A DNA stretch of 64,000 bases from Candidatus Paceibacter sp. (GCA_020724865.1 DYGA01000004.1:6351-70350); one strand, 5' to 3'; positions 8,884 through 18,844 are shown, numbered from the stretch's first letter. Notes: generated by a model not told the origin, from the letters alone. A program made the numbers and translations.

Positions 8884-9948
8884 CTATAAAAATTTTTTCA
8901 TATTTTTTTGCTGTAAAATTTCAACTATTTTTTTTACCTCTTGAGTGCGATTTTTATCAGCTACCAACACGGCATCTGATGTAAAAACAATCAAACTATC
9001 TTTAATACCTATAGTGGCCACCAATCTGCCCGACGGCGCATAAATTATATTGTTGTGACTGTCAATAGATATATAATCACCATTAACTTTATTTTTATTA
9101 TGATTTACAAAAAGCTCACTAACTGATTGCCAACTACCTATATCACTCCAACCAATCGCAGCCGGAATTACTAATAAATCTTTATGGGCTTTTTCTAAAA
9201 TTCCATAGTCAATAGAAATCTTGGGAAAACTTCTAAACAGCTTAAATATTTTTTCTTGATTCGGATATACTTTTTCCATCTGCATAAGAATTTTATAATG
9301 ATCAGGCAGATGTTGTTCAAAAAGCCGCCACATTGTTTGCACAGAAAAAATAAAAATTGCTGGATTCCAAAGATATTTTGGACTTTTATGATATTTTTTA
9401 GCAGTGGTTAAATCTGGCTTTTCAACAAAAGTATCAACTTGATATATCTTATCCCGACCAATTTTTTTTACTAATTTCCCCAATTTTATATATCCATAAC
9501 CAGTTTCTGGATAAGCAGTTTTTACTCCCACAAGAACTACTTTTTCCGGTTGCTGTTTAACAATGCTTTCGGCCTGTTTGATTATTCTTAAATATTCTTT
9601 ACTGTCAGCAATATAATGATCAGAATTGGCTACGACCACAATACTGTCTGGAGAACATTTTTGTTTTATATGCAATAAAGCCAAGCCAATAGCGGGAGCA
9701 GTATTGGCTGCGATAGGTTCCAGTGAATAATTTTTTATAGTGGGTATTTCAATTTGACAGATTTTTTTGTGTTCAAAAGCTGTAGCTAACCAAATATCTT
9801 TATCAGTAAAGGTTCCCTGCAATCTCTCATAAGTATGACGTAATAAAGATTTTTGTTTATATAAATACAAAAATTGCTTGGGATTATGATTACGTGAAAG
9901 TGGCCACAATCTGGTACCGCTACCACCTGCCAATATTAAAGCTTTCAT
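8884..9948 (-). CDS. mannose-1-phosphate guanylyltransferase (NDP-sugar pyrophosphorylase, no cupin domain)
   Basis: N-terminal ILAGGSGTRLWPLSR signature of ManC/GMP-type nucleotidyltransferases. Confidence 0.78.
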   Translation of the reverse strand: MKALILAGGSGTRLWPLSRNHNPKQFLYLYKQKSLLRHTYERLQGTFTDKDIWLATAFEHKKICQIEIPTIKNYSLEPIAANTAPAIGLALLHIKQKCSPDSIVVVANSDHYIADSKEYLRIIKQAESIVKQQPEKVVLVGVKTAYPETGYGYIKLGKLVKKIGRDKIYQVDTFVEKPDLTTAKKYHKSPKYLWNPAIFIFSVQTMWRLFEQHLPDHYKILMQMEKVYPNQEKIFKLFRSFPKISIDYGILEKAHKDLLVIPAAIGWSDIGSWQSVSELFVNHNKNKVNGDYISIDSHNNIIYAPSGRLVATIGIKDSLIVFTSDAVLVADKNRTQEVKKIVEILQQKNMKKFL

Positions 9949-9951
9949 AAG

Positions 9952-10587
9952 TTATTTTATTTCTGGTATCAAGGGTACAAAAATGAAACCAGGATATTCT
10001 TTATATTTAAAATTTTTCTCTGACTCTCGCTTAATATAATAAATACTTTGTTTATCATCACCAATCGGCATAACTAAACGACCTCCGATTTTTAATTGAC
10101 TTAAAATAGCTTGGGGAACCTTCGGTGCTGCTGCAGCAGCAATTATGGCATCATAAGGTTCATATAATGGATAACCATCATAACCATTACATGCCACAAC
10201 TTCAATGTTAGTAAAATTATATTTTTTGATATTTTTTTTGGCAAACTCAACTAATTCGGGGATCCGTTCAATAGTTATAATCTGACCATTCTTACCTACG
10301 ATTTGAGCAAGTAAGGCCGCTTGCCAGCCAGAACCAGTACCAATATCCAAAATTTTTTCTCCCAACCGTGGTTGCAACAACTCAATCATAAAAGCAACTG
10401 TGGCTGGTTGAGAAATTGTCTGACCATAACCTATCAGTAAAGGATAATTATAATGAGATTCATGTTCCAATCCTTTCATTACAAAATCACTTCTGTTAAT
10501 CTGCCTAAAAGCAGCGATTATTTCTGGAGTTTTTAAATAATTATCTCGCTCTAATTCATCTATTAAGTTTTGATAGTGATATGACAT
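9952..10587 (-). CDS. pcm: protein-L-isoaspartate O-methyltransferase
   Basis: ISQPATVAFMIELL.., SAM motif ILDIGTGSGWQAALLA, post-I motif GRLVMPIG. Length 211 aa. Confidence 0.85.
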   Translation of the reverse strand: MSYHYQNLIDELERDNYLKTPEIIAAFRQINRSDFVMKGLEHESHYNYPLLIGYGQTISQPATVAFMIELLQPRLGEKILDIGTGSGWQAALLAQIVGKNGQIITIERIPELVEFAKKNIKKYNFTNIEVVACNGYDGYPLYEPYDAIIAAAAAPKVPQAILSQLKIGGRLVMPIGDDKQSIYYIKRESEKNFKYKEYPGFIFVPLIPEIK

Positions 10588-10715
10588 AAATATATTTTAT
10601 CAAATTTTTCTTGTAAATAAAAATAAACTTGCTTGATTTTTTTGAAAAAATATGCTATACTATATATAGTTGATGTAAAACAACCAAAAAAACAAAAAAC
10701 AAAAACAAAAAATAT

Positions 10716-11309
10716 ATGTCAGAATATTTAGCAACCAATGCTAACTTTTGGGACAATAAAATATCTTTATCAACCAAAAAATATCTTCTAGTTTATTTAT
10801 CAGTTAATATTTTATTGGTTTTGCTCTTACAAGCATTCTTAATGGGAATGCTTTTTTTTATACCAGCCAATGCGCAAATTTTTCAAGCCAACCAAACAGA
10901 AGAATTAAAACCATTGGCTGCTCAGGAAATATTAAATATTGTAAATCAACAAAGAATGCAATATAATTTAAATGTCCTAACTGTAAATGATAAATTACAA
11001 TCTGCTGCTGAAGCTAAAGCAAATTATCTTCTCCACGAACAAATTTTTTCTCATTCTGGAAAAAACGGAGAACCATTTTCTTATTGGATAAAACAAAACA
11101 ACTACCAATACCAGCGAGTGGGAGAAAATTTAGCAATCTCTTTCACTGATAATAAAAAAATTGTTGATGCCTGGCTCGAATCTGAAACTCATCGCAAAAA
11201 TATTTTAAATCCTTATTATCACGAAACTGGCATAGCCATTAAATATGGTATATATCAAAATAAACCTACTTATATAGTAGTACAAATTTTTGGACAACCG
11301 CTTAAATAA
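10716..11309 (+). CDS. membrane-anchored CAP/SCP/PR-1-like (YkwD-like) domain protein
   Basis: TM segment followed by a CAP-domain-like region (NQQRMQYNLNVLTVNDKLQSAAEAKANYLLHEQIFSHSG ... HRKNILNPYYHETGIA). Confidence 0.6.
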   Translation: MSEYLATNANFWDNKISLSTKKYLLVYLSVNILLVLLLQAFLMGMLFFIPANAQIFQANQTEELKPLAAQEILNIVNQQRMQYNLNVLTVNDKLQSAAEAKANYLLHEQIFSHSGKNGEPFSYWIKQNNYQYQRVGENLAISFTDNKKIVDAWLESETHRKNILNPYYHETGIAIKYGIYQNKPTYIVVQIFGQPLK

Positions 11310-11313
11310 TTTT

Positions 11314-11742
11314 ATGACTTACAAAATATTAATTATACCGCTAATAGTCGTAGTTATTGTGCAAATTATTAAATCTCTTTATGATTTAAAAAAGGGACAT
11401 TTTAATTGGAATGTATTCATTACTTATGGCGGTATGCCATCGGGACATACAGCTCTGGTAGTTTCAACTGCTACTACCATAGGACTATATAGTGGTTTTG
11501 ATTCACCGGTTTTTTTACTGAGTTTAGTTTTAGCAATTTTAATTGTCCGAGATGCTTTAGGTTTTAGAATGCAATTGTCTGAACATGCGAAAATCTTAAA
11601 TAAATTGATCAAAGAACTACCTGATGAAAAAGAATTTAATTATCCATATTCTCCTGAAAGATTGGGGCATACCTACGCTCAAGTGATTGTCGGTGCGATC
11701 TTAGGTCTAGTTCTGACTTATTTATTTTATTATCTAATTTAA
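11314..11742 (+). CDS. divergent PAP2 / acid-phosphatase/vanadium-haloperoxidase-related membrane protein (DUF212-like)
   Basis: YGGMPSGHTALV and LIVRDALG..R motifs typical of the family. The start is probably the internal Met (MTYKIL, 11314) rather than the ORF-track start at 11290. Confidence 0.55.
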   Translation: MTYKILIIPLIVVVIVQIIKSLYDLKKGHFNWNVFITYGGMPSGHTALVVSTATTIGLYSGFDSPVFLLSLVLAILIVRDALGFRMQLSEHAKILNKLIKELPDEKEFNYPYSPERLGHTYAQVIVGAILGLVLTYLFYYLI

Positions 11743-11788
11743 TTTACTTCTAAAACACCCCGCCAAATTTCATGCGGGGTATATTTAT

Positions 11789-13360
11789 TTAAATCAATGA
11801 TTTGCCTGTCATTTCATCAGGAATAGGCAAACCCAATAAAGTTAAAATTGTGGGAGCAACATCAGCCAATACCCCCACTGGCGTACTCGCATACAATTCA
11901 TTTTTGTTAGCTAGCCTTCCCTGTCCAAGCCACTGGTTACCAATAATTAATAGAGGCACGGGTGAAGAAGAGTGTTCTTTGTCTATCTCTCCACTGCGTA
12001 ATTTAATCAATTCTTCAGCGTTACCATGATCTGCTGTTATCAATAAAACTCCATTGCGTACTAAAACTGCTTGAGCTATCTTACCTAAACAATCATCAAC
12101 CGCTTCAATACCTTTAATCGTAGCGGCTAAATTACCGGTATGTGCCACCATATCGGGCGAAGCATAATTGACTAATATAAACATATAATCACCTTTATTT
12201 ATTGCGGCAACAACTTTTTTAGTTACTTCGTAAGCTGACATTTCTGGCTTTTTATCGTAACTGGAAATCTTCGGAGAAGGTACCATTACATGTTCTTCAC
12301 CAGGAAAAGGTTTTTCTATACCGCCATTGAAAAAAAATGTTACGTGGGCATATTTTTCTGTTTCGGCTATATGAATTTGTTTGCCGCCATTATCTGAGAT
12401 TACCTTAGCCAAAGGTATAGAAACTATTTCTGGTGGAAAAGCAATTTTTACTGGCAAATCTTTTTCATATTCAGTCATAGTAACAAAAAATAGATTACGG
12501 CATACTTTTCCTCTAGTAAATCCTGTAAAATTATCCAACACCATTGCCTTGGTTAATTCCCGAGCGCGATCACTGCGAAAATTAAAATAAATAACTGCAT
12601 CATTATCGGAAATTAAGTTTGGATTTTTCTTTTCATCTACAATAATAGTAGGAACAAACTCCTCATCAAAAACACCACTTTCATAAGATTTATTGACTGC
12701 CTCTACCGGGTCGGTATAAACAAATTCAGCTTTACCTAAAACCATAGCATCATATACCTTAGCTATTCTATCCCAACGATTATCACGATCCATGGCGTAA
12801 AACCGACCACTAATTGATGCAATTTTACCCAAACCAACATTTTGTAAAACTTTTTGTAAAGCAACAATATAGCTCAACCCACTATTTTTTGCTGTATCAC
12901 GTCCATCTAAAAAAGCATGGATATATAAATCTTTGATTGAATTAATTTTAGCCGTTTCAATTAAAGCATAAAGATGCTCATTGAAGCTATGCACTCCACC
13001 ATCAGATACTAAACCCATAATATGTAACTTTGAATTATTTTTTTTAACATGATCAAATGCTTCTAAAAACGCTTTATTTTTTATAAAACTACCATCGGAA
13101 ATAGCTCTAGTAATACGAGGTAAATTTTGGTATAAAATTTTTCCTGAACCCAATGATAAATGTCCGACTTCTGAATTACCCATCTCGCCCCATGGCAAAC
13201 CCACAGCTTCACCAGAAGCTTGAATATTAAAAGATGGATAATTTAATAAAAAACTATCATAATTTGGTGTATTAGCTAGGGATATTGCATTGCCTATAGA
13301 AGGCGGGGCAATTCCCCAGCCATCAAGCACTACTAATACAACAGGAAGGTTAAATTTCAT
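11789..13360 (-). CDS. gpmI: 2,3-bisphosphoglycerate-independent phosphoglycerate mutase (canonical copy)
   Basis: Conserved iPGM motifs: VVLDGWG, MGNSEVGH (phospho-Ser), SDGGVHS, LDGRDT, RFYAMDRDNRWDR, RSDRA, ETEKYAHVTFFFNGG, ADHGN, EHSSSPVP, MTGKSLI. Confidence 0.92.
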   Translation of the reverse strand: MKFNLPVVLVVLDGWGIAPPSIGNAISLANTPNYDSFLLNYPSFNIQASGEAVGLPWGEMGNSEVGHLSLGSGKILYQNLPRITRAISDGSFIKNKAFLEAFDHVKKNNSKLHIMGLVSDGGVHSFNEHLYALIETAKINSIKDLYIHAFLDGRDTAKNSGLSYIVALQKVLQNVGLGKIASISGRFYAMDRDNRWDRIAKVYDAMVLGKAEFVYTDPVEAVNKSYESGVFDEEFVPTIIVDEKKNPNLISDNDAVIYFNFRSDRARELTKAMVLDNFTGFTRGKVCRNLFFVTMTEYEKDLPVKIAFPPEIVSIPLAKVISDNGGKQIHIAETEKYAHVTFFFNGGIEKPFPGEEHVMVPSPKISSYDKKPEMSAYEVTKKVVAAINKGDYMFILVNYASPDMVAHTGNLAATIKGIEAVDDCLGKIAQAVLVRNGVLLITADHGNAEELIKLRSGEIDKEHSSSPVPLLIIGNQWLGQGRLANKNELYASTPVGVLADVAPTILTLLGLPIPDEMTGKSLI

Positions 13361-13362
13361 AA

Positions 13363-14937
13363 TTACTCATTAGCTAATAAATTTCTTCCAGTCATTTCTC
13401 TGGTTTTGGGTATATTCATCACAGATAAAATGGTTGGTGCAACATCAGCCAATCTGCCGTTAGGAAATTTATGAGTTGGAAAAAGCCTGTTATTGGCTAT
13501 AATATAAAATGGCACGGGATTACTAGAATGTTCAGTATCAATTTCTCCAGTTTGAACATTGATGATTTCTTCAACATTACCATGATCAGCAGTTACAAAC
13601 AAAACGCCGTCGCGAGACAATACTTCCTTTTGCAACAAACCTAAATTTTTATCAACACACTCAATTGCCTTAATCGCCGCACCTAAATTACCGGTATGAC
13701 CCATCATATCAGGTGCAGCATAATTGATGGCATAAAAATCATACTTATTATTTTTAATATTCTCAATTACAATTTCGGTTATCTTGTCAGTTGACATTTC
13801 TGGTGTTTGATCATATGAATCAACAATCGGCGAAGGAACAAAAACTCTGTCCTCACCAGCTACGGTATGATCATGCCCGCCATTAAAAAAATAAGTGATA
13901 TGAGCATATTTTTCGCCCTCGGCAATATAAAGTTGTTTTAAATTTCTTAAAGCATAAGGCAAGGTACCACTAATATTTGCTGAGGGATAAGCAGTCAAAA
14001 CATGGTCAAGATCAGGACCAAAATCTGTCATGGCAACAAAAACTAGATTTTTTATAATTTTTTCCCTTTGAAAAGAACCTGGATTTTTGTCTTCAAACTC
14101 TTTTTGAACAAAGGGTTTAGTCAGTTGTCTGGCTCGATCAGATCTAAGATTATAAAAAATTATTGAATCATTGTCTTTTATTCGCCCGTAGTTAGGGTCA
14201 TTGTTCATACTAATTATTGTTGGGCTGATAAATTCATCTGTTTCACCACAAGCATAAGCTTCTTTGATGGCTTTTTCTGGTTTAATTGCTAATTTACCAA
14301 TGCCCATAGTTAAAGCCTCATAAGCTTTTTTAGTTTTAGCCCAATCTTTTTTGCGATCCAATAAAACCCGCCCCATTATAGTTACAATTCTTTCGCGAGG
14401 CTGTAAAATCTCTTCAAGATTTCTTAAAAAACCAAGCCCAGCATGCTTGGGCGTATCTCGACCATCAGTAAATAAATGTAAATAAATTTCATTAGTTAAA
14501 TTTTTTTGGCGAATTAACTTTAATAACGCTTCCAAATGCTTAGGATTAACATGTCCAGAATGTTTATCAGATAATAAGCCCATGAGATGTAAATTACTGT
14601 TATTTTTTTGTACATGAGCAATAGCAGAAATAAAAGCTGAATTCTTAAAAAATGTGCCGTCTTCAATACTATGATTAATAATTGAAACATCTTGCCCAAC
14701 AACTCTACCGGCGCCAATATTCATGTGACCGGCTTCACTGTTACCATCCTGATTTGGCATCAGTCCAACATCTTCTCCTGAAGCTGCCAAAAAAGTATGA
14801 TAATATTTTTCACGAAATAAATTAAAATTTGGTGTGTGAGCCATCTCTACAGGATTGTCAGGTTGATTGGCGGCTATTCCCAAACCATCAATCACTACCA
14901 AAACATAAGGTTTTCTTTGTACTTGATTATCTGGCAT
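13363..14937 (-). CDS. iPGM-family paralog (divergent 2,3-bisphosphoglycerate-independent phosphoglycerate mutase / phosphopentomutase-like)
   Basis: Same fold motifs but diverged: DGLG, DGNSEAGHMNIGAGR, SDKHSGHV (altered His motif), TDGRDT, RSDRARQ, EGEKYAHITYFFNGG, ADHGN, EHSSNPVP, MTGRNLL. By eye about 35% identical to the adjacent copy. Confidence 0.8.
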   Translation of the reverse strand: MPDNQVQRKPYVLVVIDGLGIAANQPDNPVEMAHTPNFNLFREKYYHTFLAASGEDVGLMPNQDGNSEAGHMNIGAGRVVGQDVSIINHSIEDGTFFKNSAFISAIAHVQKNNSNLHLMGLLSDKHSGHVNPKHLEALLKLIRQKNLTNEIYLHLFTDGRDTPKHAGLGFLRNLEEILQPRERIVTIMGRVLLDRKKDWAKTKKAYEALTMGIGKLAIKPEKAIKEAYACGETDEFISPTIISMNNDPNYGRIKDNDSIIFYNLRSDRARQLTKPFVQKEFEDKNPGSFQREKIIKNLVFVAMTDFGPDLDHVLTAYPSANISGTLPYALRNLKQLYIAEGEKYAHITYFFNGGHDHTVAGEDRVFVPSPIVDSYDQTPEMSTDKITEIVIENIKNNKYDFYAINYAAPDMMGHTGNLGAAIKAIECVDKNLGLLQKEVLSRDGVLFVTADHGNVEEIINVQTGEIDTEHSSNPVPFYIIANNRLFPTHKFPNGRLADVAPTILSVMNIPKTREMTGRNLLANE

Positions 14938-15007
14938 ATTTTAAAAAAATAGTAAAAAATAAGGTTATAACACCTTATTATATATTAACATATTTTGATA
15001 AAATAAA

Positions 15008-16243
15008 TTATTTGGCATGTTCAATCTTTAACAGACGATTATACTTAGCTAATCTTTCCGATCGGGCCGGGGCGCCGCTCTTAATATAATCGGCACTTAC
15101 GGCAACAGCTAAATCAGCAATGAAATCATCAGTCGTTTCACCACTGCGATGAGAAATAATAATTTTATAATTATTTTTTTGAGCGGCAATTACTGTTTGC
15201 ATAGTTTCGGTAACTGTACCGATTTGATTTAATTTAATTAAAATTGCATTAGCAACTTTTTGATCTATACCTTGCTGCAAGCGTTCCTGATTGGTGACGA
15301 ATAAATCATCACCAACTAACAAAGTCTTGGCTCCTAATTCTTTGGTCAATTTTTGCCAACCTAACCAATCATCCTCAGCTAGACCATCTTCAATGGCCAG
15401 CAATGAATATTTATCAATCCATTTTTTATATATATTTATCAATTTTTCAATGCTTGTTTTTTTATTTTCAAAATTATAATTTTTACCATCAAAAAATTCA
15501 GAAGCAGCAACATCTAAAGCCAAAAAAATATCCTTGCCCAACTTATACTTAGACATTTTTATTGCCTGAACTAATAATTGCAAAGCTACTTCAGAATTTA
15601 ACAAACGTGGGGCAAAGCCACCTTCATCACCTAGTCCTGTTGATAATTTTTTTGTTTTTAGTATTTTTTTTAAAACATGATAAATCTCCGCTCCCGCTCT
15701 CAATCTTTCGGCAAAAGTATGTTGTTTGGGAACAATCATAAATTCTTGAATTGACAATCCATTATCAGCATGTTTTCCTCCATTTAAAATATTCATCATT
15801 GGTATAGGTATTCTTATTTTATAATTATAACCATATACTTGACGTAAAAACGCAAACAATGGTTGTCGATAATGATACGCACAAGCTCGGGCATAAGCCA
15901 TTGATACACCCAAAATAGCATTGGCTCCCAACCTCTGTTTATTAACCGTACCATCAAGCGAACATAAGGTATAATCCAAATCAATTAAATCATCAATTTT
16001 TTTATTGACGATTGTTTTGGCAATTTCATTCTCAATATTTTTTATCGCCTGTCTAACACCTAAACCCTGATACCTTTTGCCTCCATCTCTTAATTCAAAT
16101 GCCTCATGGCGTCCAGTAGAAGCTCCTGACGGCACCAAAGCTGAAGCTTTAACTCCTGAACTCAATTCTATAAAAGTAGCCACCGTAGGATTGCCACGAG
16201 AATCAAGTATTTCTAAACCCTTAATTTTTTTTATTGTTAACAT
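15008..16243 (-). CDS. eno: enolase
   Basis: LEILDSRGNPTV N-terminus, SGASTGRHEA, and further conserved enolase segments. Length 411 aa. Confidence 0.93.
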   Translation of the reverse strand: MLTIKKIKGLEILDSRGNPTVATFIELSSGVKASALVPSGASTGRHEAFELRDGGKRYQGLGVRQAIKNIENEIAKTIVNKKIDDLIDLDYTLCSLDGTVNKQRLGANAILGVSMAYARACAYHYRQPLFAFLRQVYGYNYKIRIPIPMMNILNGGKHADNGLSIQEFMIVPKQHTFAERLRAGAEIYHVLKKILKTKKLSTGLGDEGGFAPRLLNSEVALQLLVQAIKMSKYKLGKDIFLALDVAASEFFDGKNYNFENKKTSIEKLINIYKKWIDKYSLLAIEDGLAEDDWLGWQKLTKELGAKTLLVGDDLFVTNQERLQQGIDQKVANAILIKLNQIGTVTETMQTVIAAQKNNYKIIISHRSGETTDDFIADLAVAVSADYIKSGAPARSERLAKYNRLLKIEHAK

Positions 16244-16256
16244 AAATATTTTTATT

Positions 16257-16760
16257 TTATTTAATAATTTTTATAATATCATCAGCATTATATAAATTTT
16301 GACCAATGCCATCTGGACCAAATGAGCCAACTACCGCGCTATTATGGCAACCAGCATTTCCATTACACGGTTTATTATCAGTAGTTAATTGATAATCAGT
16401 ATCAAAAAAATATTTATTCCCCCACGGGTCAATAGGGATATCACCCATATATGGACCAGCCCAATTTAAATATAAACCATCAGAAGACAAAATTCCTGCC
16501 GCATCTGTAGCTAAATCCCATAATTCGTTGGCACTACCAGAATTAATTTCTTCAGCTGTCTGGTGTCCTGGCCATTCGCCCGTATCAACCATCAACTGGC
16601 CCATGGCTGTATAAATAATATCAATATCATGTTGGGCTTTGGCAATTTTTGCTTTTTGTCTTGCAGATCTGACTGCTATGACAGTCAAAGTACTTAATAC
16701 TCCAATAATAGCAATTACTATTAACACCTCGACCAATGTAAAACCTTTTAATCGGGGCAT
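16257..16760 (-). CDS. type IV pilin / pseudopilin-like protein (prepilin N-terminal methylation motif)
   Basis: N-terminus MPRLKGFTLVEVLIVIAIIGVLS has the class III signal: G at -1, F at +1, E at +5. Variable C-terminal domain with Cys pair. Confidence 0.78.
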   Translation of the reverse strand: MPRLKGFTLVEVLIVIAIIGVLSTLTVIAVRSARQKAKIAKAQHDIDIIYTAMGQLMVDTGEWPGHQTAEEINSGSANELWDLATDAAGILSSDGLYLNWAGPYMGDIPIDPWGNKYFFDTDYQLTTDNKPCNGNAGCHNSAVVGSFGPDGIGQNLYNADDIIKIIK

Positions 16761-16761
16761 G

Positions 16762-17967
16762 TTATTTTTTTATCAATAAAGGTTTAATTCCGGGTAATAC
16801 TTTTCCTTCCAAAAATTCTATCATAGCTCCGCCCCCAGTGGAAACATAATCAAAACTGTCAAAAATTCCCATATCTTGAATTAACCAAACAGTTTCACCA
16901 CCGCCGACAATACTAAAACATGAACCTTTTGATCTGGCAGCAATCAGTTCAGCTAAGGCTCTACTGGCATGACTGGCTTTTCTGTCTTCAACTATACCTA
17001 AAGGTCCATTCCAAACAATCAATTTAGCTGCTTTTATTATTTTTGACCATACCCTAACTGTATTTGTACCAATATCAATTATTTTATCATTTGGTCCTAT
17101 GTCAGTAACTGGTTTTTGCCATGTTTCAACTGATTTAGTTTTAATATTGTCAACAGTTACATCAATTGGTAATAATATTTTTTTTCCATTTTTTTTTAAA
17201 ATTTTTTTTGTTGATACTATAAATTTCTTTTCAACTATTGATTTGCCAACTTTCTTACCATCGGCTAAAAGAAAATTATTGGCCAATCCGCCGCCCAACA
17301 TAACAAAATCAGAAAGTTTTGACAATTTTTCTACTAGTTGTATCTTGGTGCTAATTTTTGCCCCTCCCAAAATGGTAACAAATGGCCTTTGGCGCTTTTT
17401 CATCAATCTGGTTAACTCAGTAATTTCACTAGTCATTAAAAAACCGGCATAAGCAGGTAAATAATCAGCAATAGCCACCTGCGAAGCTGAGGCACGATGA
17501 CTGACCGCAAAAGCATCATTAATAAATATGTCTCCTAAACTAGCCAATTTTTTGGCAAATTCTTTACTATTTGTATCTTCACCTTTAAAAAAACGTAAAT
17601 TTTCCAAAACCGCAATTTGACCATTTTTCAATAAATCTACATTTTGTTTTATTTTCCTAAAATCCCTCTCGGTAATCAATTTTATATTTTGCCCCAATAA
17701 AGTTATCAGCCTTTTAACTATTGGCGCTAATGATAAATTCTTGTCAACTTTGCCCTGCGGACGACCAAGATGAGACAATAATATAATAATTGCCCCTTGA
17801 TCCTGCAAATAATTAATAGTCGGCAGTATTCTTTGTAATTTAAAATCTTCATTCTTATCAACGGTTTTATCTGGTCCGAGTTTAACATTAAGATCAACTC
17901 TTAATAAAACTTTTTGCCCTCGAAATTTTTTGTTCTTATTGATTGTTTTTAATTTTAGCATATACAA
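16762..17967 (-). CDS. pgk: phosphoglycerate kinase
   Basis: Conserved PGK segments (RVDLNV, ILLSHLGRP, FINDAFAVSHRA, GGGAMIEFLEGK). Length 401 aa. Confidence 0.93.
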   Translation of the reverse strand: MYMLKLKTINKNKKFRGQKVLLRVDLNVKLGPDKTVDKNEDFKLQRILPTINYLQDQGAIIILLSHLGRPQGKVDKNLSLAPIVKRLITLLGQNIKLITERDFRKIKQNVDLLKNGQIAVLENLRFFKGEDTNSKEFAKKLASLGDIFINDAFAVSHRASASQVAIADYLPAYAGFLMTSEITELTRLMKKRQRPFVTILGGAKISTKIQLVEKLSKLSDFVMLGGGLANNFLLADGKKVGKSIVEKKFIVSTKKILKKNGKKILLPIDVTVDNIKTKSVETWQKPVTDIGPNDKIIDIGTNTVRVWSKIIKAAKLIVWNGPLGIVEDRKASHASRALAELIAARSKGSCFSIVGGGETVWLIQDMGIFDSFDYVSTGGGAMIEFLEGKVLPGIKPLLIKK

Positions 17968-18004
17968 ATAATAACATATTTTTTTAATATTTTCTATTAT
18001 CTAT

Positions 18005-18526
18005 CTAAAATTTATATACAAAAATTGCTAAAGAATCACTGGTTGGTTTATCAATTTCTAAAAGGTTTAATTCATGAAACTTAAAAACATAGGATAATAA
18101 TAAAGCGCCTGGTTTTGCTTGTTTTTTAATCTTTGCGGTTAATCTTTTTTTAATACTGCGCGGATAACCATATACAAAAATAATATCAAATTCTTTCAAA
18201 TCAATATTAAATAAATCTTGATACTTGATTTTTAAATTTTTTAAACCAAAAAATTTTGCTCTCAACCAAGCAAATAAAAATAAGGGTAAAGCTATTTCCA
18301 CACCAACAAATTCAATATCCGGATTTTTCTTGGCTAAAAAAATAATTAATCCAGCGCTGCCACAACCTAAATCAATAAATTTTTTTGGATTATTTTTTTT
18401 TATCAACTGATTTATTCGTTGATAATCTTTAACTTTAGTAGGCACCCAAGGAGCTAAAGAAGATGAACCACGAGCAAAACCATATACTGATATTAAAATT
18501 ACAATCAATAATAATGTTTCCAACAT
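18005..18526 (-). CDS. small class I SAM-dependent methyltransferase
   Basis: Motif I FIDLGCGSAGLII and post-I acidic residue (VGVEI). N-terminal hydrophobic segment. Substrate unknown. Confidence 0.5.
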   Translation of the reverse strand: MLETLLLIVILISVYGFARGSSSLAPWVPTKVKDYQRINQLIKKNNPKKFIDLGCGSAGLIIFLAKKNPDIEFVGVEIALPLFLFAWLRAKFFGLKNLKIKYQDLFNIDLKEFDIIFVYGYPRSIKKRLTAKIKKQAKPGALLLSYVFKFHELNLLEIDKPTSDSLAIFVYKF

Positions 18527-18629
18527 ATTTATATAATATAGTTTTTATAAAAATAAAAAAAGCATACCAACAGTATTTTAAAATATTTTTTTAAAAATTT
18601 GGGATTATAATTTTTTATATCTTACAGCT

Positions 18630-18668
18630 TAAAAAAAATATACCCTCGGCTTTTGAGCTGAGGGTATA
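18630..18668 (-). terminator. intrinsic terminator (minus strand) after the acidic micro-ORF
   Basis: Hairpin taccctcggc-tttt-gagctgagggta (18641-18667), followed on the minus strand by an 8-U run (complement of aaaaaaaa 18631-18638). Confidence 0.6.
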
Positions 18669-18672
18669 TTTG

Positions 18673-18810
18673 TTACATATCTTCATCATAATCTTCTTCC
18701 ATATCATCTTCGTCTTCGTCATCCATGTCATCATCTGCATAATCATCCTCCAAACCTTCTTCAAAATTATCTTCGTTTTCATCTTCCATCATATAATCTT
18801 CATTGGGCAT
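18673..18810 (-). CDS. hypothetical highly acidic micro-protein (45 aa; 31 of 45 residues are D or E)
   Basis: ATG 18810..18808 to TAA 18675..18673. Hand translation: MPNEDYMMEDENEDNFEEGLEDDYADDDMDDEDEDDMEEDYDEDM. Own extended -10 promoter upstream and a terminator downstream. No SD. Below the ORF-track cutoff. Confidence 0.35.
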   Translation of the reverse strand: MPNEDYMMEDENEDNFEEGLEDDYADDDMDDEDEDDMEEDYDEDM

Positions 18811-18844
18811 AAATAAATATTAATTATTAAAACTAACCAAATAA

